From Paraspadella gotoi (taxonomy: Eukaryota; Animalia; Chaetognatha): a DNA stretch of 64,000 nucleotides. The translations under genes and the position numbers were made by a program. Shown here in pieces: positions 54,234 through 64,000 of the stretch. The stretch lies in contig CM119266.1 in assembly GCA_051294375.1 (NCBI GenBank), positions 683,682 through 747,681 of the forward strand, given 5' to 3'. Under the pieces are notes generated by a model. It ran no database searches and had not been told where the DNA came from. It was given only the letters and a program-made list of their open reading frames with translations. Position 1 is the first letter of the stretch; every line of letters begins with the position of its first letter.

Positions 54234-55916
54234 TCCAAAACCCAACGACCTTGATGATCGTTCGACCTTGGCGCTGCCGCTTTCCCCCGCCACCTTCCGA
54301 CAGAAATGGACGACAACTACAACAACGACGACAAAGGGACTCACGTTCTCTTCTCGTCTTCCGTTTTCCGCAGGAGTTTGAACCCTGTCCTCAGCAGACG
54401 TACTTGCTAGGATTGTAGGCGCGTTTCCCGCAGCACGAGGTTACTCCCCTGCCGCGGCGTCGGCGGATGAATCCTGCGCAGCAGGTGTATCTAGAGAGGA
54501 GCATATAATCGATCGAGAGATTTAAAATCAACAAATTAATAACCTACCTAATCAATAATGAAAACAATAATTAAACTATTCAATGATTCAAACAATGAAA
54601 TAAACTAGATAATTTACCCATTATTCTATTACTTTAATAGCAGCTGCAGCCGCCGCCGCCGCCGATGGCTTTTATTTCTTATGTTTTCTTTTTGTTTCTT
54701 TTGTTTTCGTTTCGCGAGGTGTCTCTGCTGATTTGGCGACACTTCTTTCGCTTCTTTTGATTGTCTCGGTCTCTATCTGACTTTTTTTAAAAACGCGGTT
54801 GACTCTGTCTCATGAGAAGAACATCTCTTTCACTAGAATAAAAAATAAATAAATAATTGCGAATAATCCAATATCCATATATTTTTATTATTCCGTTATT
54901 TCTTTCGTAAGTGTATGTATGTATCTCGTTTTTCAAAAAAAAGTCAAAAATATACATCATGCAAAAAGATTCGTAGGGAAATTCAATATTCATCGATAAT
55001 TAATCGTTTTTGATTGAAATGCTCTAAATATGATAAAAACATTAAAGGCAAATTTTGATATGAGAAGCGTTGACGGTGAAGAATAGAAAATGAGTTACAT
55101 TTAATAAACAGATAATAAGGACTCGATCAAATTTTCTGGAATTTTATTCAAGAAATTGAAATGAAAATTAAGAACAAATAAGGAAAACCTTTTAGAAGAG
55201 ATAATGGCATTAAAAGTTTTGGAAAAGCTTTTTTTAAAGAAAAAAACTTATGGCAAAGAGCGGAAAAAAGTGAGACACAAAATACGCCTCTCTGTTTTGG
55301 AATTAAGAAAAAGTGTAAGTAAATAAATAGGTTTCTATAGTTCAGTTTTTAAGGAGCTCAATTTAATAAATACTATAAAGTAAAAAAAGGAATTAAACAT
55401 GTAAAAAGCAAATCCGTAATGGACGAGGACGAGTAATAGAATCGTTGATATTTATTTTTGACAATCAACTTTCGACGCTAATGTTTGTTTTTTCTAGCGT
55501 AAATGAAAAAGTAGTATTTTGAAGATATATATATATATATATCTCGTCCATCGAAAAATTTGAAAAAATCGGTCAATCAAAGTAAATGGCCCAATCTTAA
55601 CACTCTTCCCTTCTCTCCCTCTCTCACTCTCTCTCACTCTCCCTCCCTCTCTCTCACTCTCTCTCACTCTCCCTCCATCTCACACTCTCTCGCGCTCACT
55701 CTCTCATCTCTAGTTCCTGTCATTGATATCGTGTATGAAGCCATATCGGTTGCGCAACTCTGCCAGTTTATCAACGCTGTTGACGAGGGTGTCCTTGTAG
55801 TCGAGACAAGCTTTGTATTTGTCGCTTCCTGTTGTCATGGAGACGATGTTGCCAGAATTGCAGCAGACGCTGAAGGGAAAGAAAGACATCATGTCGATAC
55901 ACTATTTTGATATCTA

Positions 55917-55948
<32 letters not shown>

Positions 55949-57005
55949 AATCCAACTAACCTTTTATAAAAATTGTAAGTGAGATTTCCACAACACGCGT
56001 TTTGAATGTAAGTCCTTTGAAATATTTTTCCTTCGCAACACATTTCCGTCCCGGGATTCATTAAACTTCGGCCGCAGCAAAACCTGGGAGAGATATTGAA
56101 GTTAATAAAAGTTTGAGCGATTTTAAAATAAATTTAAATGGAAGTTGAAATTCGGATGCGTAGTTAAAACAGATTTAAGATTTAAGATTTAAGATTTATT
56201 TATTCAATTCTAACACAAAATCAAATAAAAAAAAACTGCCGTAAATCCGACCACGACAATTCGTCTCCCGACAATAAAACCCCAAAGTGAACAAAAACAA
56301 ACAAAAGTCAACGATAACAAAGATGACGGAAGAAGTAAACAAAACAGAAAACGGAGGAACCAATAAAATAGCGACAAAGAGGCATAAAAGATGGCGACCC
56401 CGCCCGCCGTTTAGCAAACTCTGCAAATAAACATCGCGCGACAAAAAACTCGTATAAAACACTTTCGTCATAAAAACGGCCGCCATTTTGACGGTGGGCG
56501 TGGCCCGCGCCAGTTTTTTGGGCCGACATGAGAAAAGAGAGGGGGATTTTGGGTGGTATCGTGAATCGATCACGTGAATTGATCGTGAATCGATCACAAT
56601 AAGAAAAAACATTTCGTGGTTTCTTTATTCAGTCGTGGGTCGTCATTAAACTCGCGACGCTCCTTCACTCAAGAATCTCACATCTCGCACGCGTGTTTTC
56701 ATAACCCTTTCGGGTAACATATGAGTTTTAAAAAAAAACAGATACAAAATTGTAGTTGTTGTCACCCAATTAAAATTTTATTTTAATTTTCTTTCATTAT
56801 TACTGATAATTAATAATTTTAAGTAATTGTATTGGAGTCGAAAGAAAAAAAATGTCCGAATCGTGAGGCCACCAAAAAATAGAGAGGATTCCTATGTTTG
56901 ACTCCGCGTTCTTTTATCTCTGGCTTCCGGTGGGAAGAAAGCAAAAACCAGCCTGACAAATGGAGAAGAGAGAGAGAGAGAATGAGAGAAGAGAGAGAGA
57001 GAGCG

Positions 57006-57049
<44 letters not shown>

Positions 57050-58229
57050 TAGAGAGAGAAGAGAGAGAGAGAGACTGACAAATCGTAAAGGAGACTCAAC
57101 CCGGGCTCAAGCTTTGAGAGTTCTTCTCTGAATGGAGAGGCGGAAAGAAGATATTTTTTTTGAAGGCGATTCGGGGGGGGGGGAAGAGGGAGGCCGTGAG
57201 GGGGGTGGGTAAGAAGGGTGATGGAAAAATAAACTAGAGTTGGGGCTGAACACAGGATCGCAGAAATACGATTTGATTTCTAAAAGGCTTCTTTGATCTA
57301 ACGTTAATTAATTACGGCGCCGAGAATTTTATTTTTCAGTATCTAGATGATAAGTTATAACCATTAAAACTAATATTAAACATTCAGATTTTTTCTACTC
57401 TAGACATAAAAATTTCCCCGTTAGTTTCTGCGCTCAGGGCCAAGGCGGAGTTTGGCCCACGGACTCCGACTTCTCGCCTCGATTTAAAAATAACGGAGAG
57501 CGAAAAGTCGTTAGAATATCGGCGATGTGTGAGAAAGTAAGGGCCGAGTAAAAGGTAAGGTCGATTTTAGGCCAAGAAAAAGTTTGGAAAAAAAATCGAA
57601 TCTCTTTTAGAAATCAAAAATTAAATATTTATATTTTCACAAATTCCATCTGAGCTTTCACGTTTAGTTACGAAAATGAATAAATTAAAAACCTTTTTAA
57701 AAAACGATCATTAACCACATGATTTTGAGCCCAGAGTACAGGACTCTGGGAGTCCTGGACTCGGCGCCTCGAAATCCCGACTCATAATCCCTCAGCTTCG
57801 TCGTCGTCGTCGTCGTCGTCTCGTCGTCGTCGTCGTCCGTCGTCGGCCTCAAAACCCCAACGACTTGATGATCGTTCGACCTTGGCGCTGCCGCTTTCCC
57901 CCGCCACCTTCCGACAGAAATGGACGACAACTACAACAACGACGACAAAGGGACTCACGTTCTCTTCTCGTCTTCCGTTTTCCGCAGGAGTTTGAACCCT
58001 GTCCTGCAGCAGACGTACTTGCTAGGATTGTAGGCGCGTTTCCCGCAGCACGAGGTTACTCCCCTGCCGCGGCGTCGGCGGATGAATCCTGCGCAGCAGG
58101 TGTATCTAGAGCAGGAGCATATAATCGATCGAGAGATTTAAAATCAAACAATTAATAACCTACCTAATCAATAATGAAAACAATAATTAAACTATTCAAT
58201 GATTCAAACAATGAATAAACTAGATAATT
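50928..58229. repeat. Direct tandem duplication of ~3.6-3.7 kb (50928-54613 and 54614-58229)
   Basis: Both units begin ttacccattattctattactttaatagcagc and end taaactagataat, are colinear throughout, and have no N gap at the junction. Confidence 0.95.
52058..54490 (-). pseudogene. Duplicate of the last three exons of the galaxin-like gene, with small indels
   Basis: Same exons as 58105-55710 but frameshifted (e.g. gtctgctgagg vs gtctgctgcagg; aatccggg vs aatcccggg). Confidence 0.7.
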
Positions 58230-58565
58230 CGATCAATTAATCAAAGAAATAAATCAAAGAATCCATCGACCGAGCAATTTCCTTCCCTTCACCTCTTGGT
58301 AGAATAGACATCCCTGCCGCAGCAGGCCAAATTCTTTTTCTTCTTCCTCACTTTCCCGTTGCAGCAAAATTCTCGGGTCGGGTCGTAGGATTTGACGCAA
58401 CGTTGGGACTTGGCCGAACTCCACTTTCCCCACCCGCCGCCCCACCCGCGCTTCTCGAGAGCGGCGTCGGCGGCGGTGGCGTTTGAGTCGGACCCGTAGT
58501 CGTCGTAGTCGACGTCGTCGTCGTCGTCGTAATTATCGTCGATATCATCGTCTTCATAGTCGTAT

Positions 58566-58610
<45 letters not shown>

Positions 58611-58926
58611 GAATGGCGGTCGTCGTCTTCACGATTTTTCAGCCTGTCGGATTGAACGTTGTTGTCGTTGCTGTCGCTGCTGTCACTTGCGCTGCTGTTG
58701 TCAATGCGGTCACTGCTGCCGCTGCTGCCGCTCCTTGAGCTCCTGTCTTCCTCGTCGCCAAAGAAAAGTGGTCGAGCCTCGTCAACGATGCGCTTTAATT
58801 TTTCTCTCCGCATTTCTGAGAAATGCGTCGCCGGCGCCGCTTCGACGTCCGACGCCGTCTCCGTCGGTGCCGTCCAGCGGCGCCGCCAAATCGGCATCGG
58901 TCGCTCCGGCAGAGGTCGCTGCTTCG
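55710..58926 (-). CDS. Galaxin-like di-cysteine repeat protein with Asp-rich pro-region (5' end uncertain)
   Basis: Exons 58926-58293, 58105-57959, 56083-55961 and 55869-55710, joined by phase-2 GT-AG introns. Ser/Asp-rich tract, then ALEKR, then CVKSYDPTREFCCNGKV, ACCGRDVYSTKRYTCCAG, SCCGKRAYNPSKYVCC, FCCGRSLMNPGTEMCCEG and ACCGNLTYNFYKSVCCNSG (9 CC motifs). A possible hydrophobic leader exon lies at 59819-59726. Confidence 0.85.
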
Positions 58927-59119
58927 CTGGTGAGAAGAGCTCTGTGTGGGTGCATCGGATGGGCAGACGTAGGGAAGAAAAGGGGAAAATGGGTAAATTA
59001 AGTGGAAGGGAAAGAAAAAGAGAAAGTTAAATGAAAGGGAAGGAATGAAAAAAGGAAATGAAAATGGAAAGAAGAATGTGAAATTAAAAAAAATAATTTA
59101 TTGAGGTGATCCAAGAAAA

Positions 59120-59365
59120 AGACGGAAAGAAGTAACCAAAAGATGGAGAAAAGGAACCAAAAAATGAAGAAAAGGAAGCAAAAGATGGAGAGAAGTAACC
59201 AAAAGATGGAGAGAAGGAAGGAACCCAAGATGGAGACGTAAGGACACTCCAAAAAGATGGAGGATGAAGGCAACAGATGGAAGAGAAGAAGCCAAAAGAT
59301 GGACGAGAATAACCAAAACGATGGGAGAGAAGGAAACCAAAAGATGGAGAGAAGGAAGCAAAGAA
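59120..59365. repeat. Degenerate ~21-28-bp tandem repeat (accaaaagatggagagaagg)
   Basis: The aaagatggag core recurs about 9 times. Confidence 0.75.
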
Positions 59366-60349
59366 ACGAAAATGCGAACATTCGAAGGTCAAAGATTTGA
59401 ATAAATTGCGTTTGGAAACGTCGAGAGAGAAAACGGANNNNNNNNNNNNNNNNNNNNNNNNCAAACGGTGAATATTTTGACGCGCGTTCACGGGAACTCA
59501 ACGAATCCAGTTTTTTTCGTGTATTCACTCTTTAGCAAAATGGATGTTAAAACGGATGCCTTCTGCAAAAACTGAGGAATTTGTTGGCCTTTTCACTTCA
59601 CAATTTACCTTGCTCTTCGTTTCTCGAAACTGTACACATTTGATATGACATACGAATGTAATTTCGACACTCTTGTGTTTTCAAAACTTTTTTTATACTT
59701 TAATTCATTGTTTTTACAAACAAACGGCTGCGAGAGAACAATAACAACATAGACGACGACGCCAACGACGACGACGAAAACGACAACGGCAACAAACTCG
59801 AACCCGAAGCTTCGCGTCGCTTAAAAACTCCCAAAACTAATTCCCTCCCTCGAAGAAAAAAAAAGGGAAAGATTCAATCAAAAGATAAGTTGAGTCAACA
59901 TCCAATAGATGGAACCACACACTCTCCACTCCAGCCATTTTTTTTTCATTCCATCGAAACGAAGTTGTTGCAAAGATGGAGCAAGGAAACGATGAAAAAA
60001 ACTGTTACGCAATTCGTTTCGGTCGCGAGTATCGAAAGAATAGAGCGGACGAGGCTTTGAATGAAATAATATTTGCTTTTTCCTTTTCTTTTCTCTCTCT
60101 ATGGTTTTTTCGAGATATTTCCTTCTTTCTTTTATTTCTTTCTCTCTTTCTCTTGCCGGCTTTCCAATTTCCTAGGTTTACGCACTCGAAATGAAAGGGA
60201 ATTGTCCGCTCTGGTCTCAACACTCAAACTGCGGCAAATCCAACTCGTCCAACAACCAACGAACCAACTTCTTGATTCGACCAACATCTAGTTATACTTT
60301 TTTGGTTATAAATTTTCTATTGTTCTCTTACAACAACATTCTCAATTTG

Positions 60350-60427
<78 letters not shown>

Positions 60428-61094
60428 CTTGGTGGTCGTGTCTAAAAAAAATTCATTCCGTTCCCCTTGACCTCAAAGGTTCAACGCGGGAAGAAAACAA
60501 ACAGATGCAAACAAAACAAACAGATGCAAACAGTTCCTGCAAAAACTTACCCTATTCACCTCACCCATGTTCACCATCTCATTCCCCGTCCCGTCCTATC
60601 CCGTCCCCCCCCTGCACCCCCCGCTCTTAATTATCCTGTTTACCTTGATAACTATATTTCTTTTCTGCTCTGTTCCCGCAAGGGCTCTTTAAAACATCAC
60701 TACCCTTCACTCCCTCGCCGCAGTTCAATTCTCTTCACGTGAAAAATATATTCTATTACATTCCACATTACTTAATAAATACAACGGACTGTTTACAATA
60801 AATTACAGGTTAAATCATCATTTATGTATTTACTGGCGAATGAAATGTTTCTTTTAAAAGAACAAGTAAATAAAATAATTAGTTTGAGCGACAGGTATTC
60901 TGCTCGACAGCGAAGCTGCCGAAAAATAAATAGAATTATTTCAAATAAATATTTTATAAATTATTTTAAACCGTTTGGCTTCCAACGGTTATCACAAGAG
61001 CAAATGTTATGTATGTAAAATTATATTGTTAAATTCTAAAAAATTAGCTTCGAAAAATTTCTTTTTGTATTTTTCTCTTCAATTTCAAAATTTT

Positions 61095-62807
61095 CAAACG
61101 TCGTAGATATTTGGAGACGCCGCCGTCGAGGCCGCAGCAGCTGCCGACGTTGCCGTCACCTTCCTGTCGGTGAATTGTCTGGCGTCTGTACGGCGCCAAT
61201 AGCAGCGCCGGGACTGGGCGCGGTAAACGCCGAAGTCGAAGTCGTCGAAGATGGCGCGCGGATGACGCGGCGTTGGCCAAGCCCCTTCCGGAAGTTGACT
61301 CGCACCACCGTAACGAAGAGTCACTCGCGTGGACGTCCGGAATACTAAAACGGCCGCAGCACCGCCTCGCCGGCCGCATGCCGCCGATTGACACCCTCGT
61401 GGCACTTTCCGCTTGTGCCGAACGCGACGACCGACGGGACGGCCGGCGAACGACGCTCGTCACTCGCCAAGCGCGCGCCACGCCACTCTCGGATCCCGTT
61501 GAATTCCGCGTCGAATCCACGAGAGGGCGTTCACAGCGCCGGGGGCAGGAAGACGCGCGACGACGACGAGACGACGACGACGACGCGACCGACAGTGCGA
61601 TTAAAATTCGTTGAGAGAAATTTTTGTCATGAGAAAAACCAAGACTGATGGCGTAAGCAGAGAATGACCAGCAAGGACGTTAGAGGAAGGTGGTGTCCTG
61701 GATTGGGAGAAGGAAGGGGAGAGTATGATATATGAGGAGAAGGAGAATGAGGAAGAGACAGGAGGAGGCCTCTCTAGGGCAAAATAGCTAGAACGTTTAA
61801 CCTATTTTTTTTTCCCCGATAACAACTAAATTAATCATTCACATCGTCGCGAAAAAAGAAGGAGCTTCCATCCGTTCCGATAGAGGGAAGGACCGTCAGG
61901 GTGAACGAAGTTTAGAACAAAAGACGCGTCGACCCGTAGAGATTTTGTGGTAATAACGAATAGGGATTAAATTGATCTTTTTTTTTTTAGGATTGTCCCA
62001 TGGTCACAGAAAATATAAGTAGGTGGGGAAGTATCCGTTATTACGTTAAAATAGCAAATAAAGAAGTTTTTTTCACATTTTCAGGGTCTGAAAAGAGACA
62101 ACGGAAATAAACTATGGAGTAGTGCTAAAATGTATTCACATCCAAATTCGCCAATTGGCCGAGATTTAAGCACTCTCTCTGTCTCTCTCATCTCTCTCTC
62201 TCTTTCTCTCTCTCTCCTCCTCTCTCTCTCTCTTCATCTCTCTCAATCGTCTCTCTCATCGTTCTCTCTCTCTCTCTCAGATCTCGTCTGCTCTCTCATC
62301 TCTGTCTCACACAGCACACACACACGACACACACAACACCCTCGTGCACGAAGTAACAGCCGTCTCGCATCCTCTTCCGTATACGTCTCCGACTCGGAAA
62401 GCTGCCCCAAACTCTTTCGGTCCGACTCGCAGGTTCCGCGGGGGGAGCGCGCTCTAGTCTACACGCGAGGAGATGTTGGAACGAGTGCTCGTATGGTAGA
62501 GCGGATGGCTGTGGCGATCTGAGGAGAAATGGGAGAGTCCTGTTTAAGTCTGTGAAAGCTTCGTTTTTTCGTCTGTTCGTCGTCCGTTCGTTCCGTTCGT
62601 CATCCGTTTATGTCCGTTCCCATCCGTCCGATTCGTTCCTTTGTTCGGAGTCTGCATACCTGAAAAGTCCTTGCTGAAAACAGCAGAAATTCGCCCACCG
62701 GAATGTAACTTGTGAAGAGACCGGATGTCGTAGGCGACGGCGTCCGGGAGTCGTCCGGTCGCGTTGGGAAGCGGAGGTGATTAAAAGTCATCCCTTTGTC
62801 GAGACGC
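61095..62807 (-). CDS. Putative frameshifted exons of a divergent CUB-like protein
   Basis: GC-rich islands with splice-like ends (62807-62660, 62518-~62340, ~61644-61095). Pieces read GLFR|SPQPSALPYEHSFQHLLACRLE, FRVGDVYGRGCE, VIRAIFDDFDFGVYRAQSRRCY and GNVGSCCG. Frame changes are needed to join them. Confidence 0.3.
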
Positions 62808-62882
62808 CTATACGAAGACAGTAGGGCGGTGGGCGTTTGGATGACAGATAGAAACGAGAGACAGAGACGGGACGGAGAGAGC

Positions 62883-62931
<49 letters not shown>

Positions 62932-63866
62932 GAGAGAAGAGAGAGGAGAGAGAGAGAGAGAGATAGATATTGGATCGATTATTGGGATAAGATACAGATG
63001 ACGTATAACAAGCGATGTAGAGCTAACGTTTTGTCGTCAGAGTTTCCTGTATTGGCGATCACTGTTTCTTTTGTTTTGTTTTGGTGTTTTTATTTTTTGG
63101 GGTCGTGTCCTCTTTGTTTAGCTAAGTGTTGAACCCTTTCTTTGGATCTCGGGATTTCATATCTCGTTTTAATTTAAAAAAGATTCGTTTCGTCGTTAGT
63201 TTTGTTGTTTTTTTTTGGAAGAAAAAACAAAAACGCAAAACGATGGAAATGGAAAACAAAACGAAAATTTCGAGAAGAGAAACGAAAGAAAAGAATCGCG
63301 ACTCAAAAACTGAATCGACGCTCGTGACTCGGGACGCATTGAGGTGAGGGGGGCGGAATGAGGGGGGGTGAGCGTGAAAGGGAGTGAGAGTGACGGAATG
63401 CGTCTCGACCACCGAACGGACTTGCATTTTCCTTTTTCCTCTCTCTCTCTCCCTCTCTCTCTCTCTCCCTCTCTCTGTGTCGGTTCTCATTTTGCGGAGG
63501 AATTTGTTGCCCGACCCCTCGAGCGATTCCTCTTCCTCTTCTACCTCCTTATCTTCCGCCCCATAATTGTCCTCATCCTCTTCCTCCTCCTCAGTGACTG
63601 TCACGTGACTCCGACTGTGAGGCTTCCATCCGTGAAGTCGATCACCGCAAAATCGCGACCCGAGAGGAGAGAGGAATCAGGGGGTCGCGGTTCTTTCTTT
63701 GAAGGAAAGAAAATATGGAACTTGTTGCTAAATATATAACTTATATATACAATTAATTAATATATACAATTATAAGATATAAATATATATATATATATAT
63801 ATATTTTTTTAGAGAATTTATATTTTTATAAGAATTTATAATATATTTATATCTTATAATTGTCTG

Positions 63867-63871
<5 letters not shown>

Positions 63872-63950
<79 letters not shown>
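63872..63950. repeat. (ATT)n microsatellite
   Basis: Pure trinucleotide run. Confidence 0.95.
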
Positions 63951-64000
63951 TTAAAAAAATTTGAAATTTTTTTTCTTGAAGAAACAAAATTTCAAACTTT

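Overview
Eukaryotic (invertebrate-animal-like) genomic DNA from a draft assembly. It is AT-rich, dense in (AG)n/(CT)n microsatellites, has several ~25-N gaps and two long N runs, and contains near-identical duplicated blocks in which one copy is full of small indels. Most entries in the ORF track are microsatellite noise. Reading splice sites by hand gives four well-supported spliced genes. (1) A 9-exon, 443-aa METTL27/WBSCR27-like SAM methyltransferase followed by a second, degenerate methyltransferase domain (+, 30418-33529; error-ridden duplicate at 10732-14032). (2) A 2-exon, 466-aa CYP2-clan cytochrome P450 with no N-terminal membrane anchor (-, 38576-40412). (3) A 4-exon AA15-type lytic polysaccharide monooxygenase with lesions in exon 2 (-, 43071-45363). 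(4) A galaxin-like di-cysteine repeat protein with an Asp-rich pro-region, a KR site and a basic mature part (-, 55710-58926; last three exons tandemly duplicated). There are also an orphan CUB-like exon, weaker CUB-like and Lys-rich exon candidates, several satellites, Helentron/DINE-like ends, a possible tRNA-derived SINE and fold-back structures. No prokaryotic systems, CRISPR arrays, rRNA or intact tRNA genes are seen. Family assignments come from motif recognition, not database searches.
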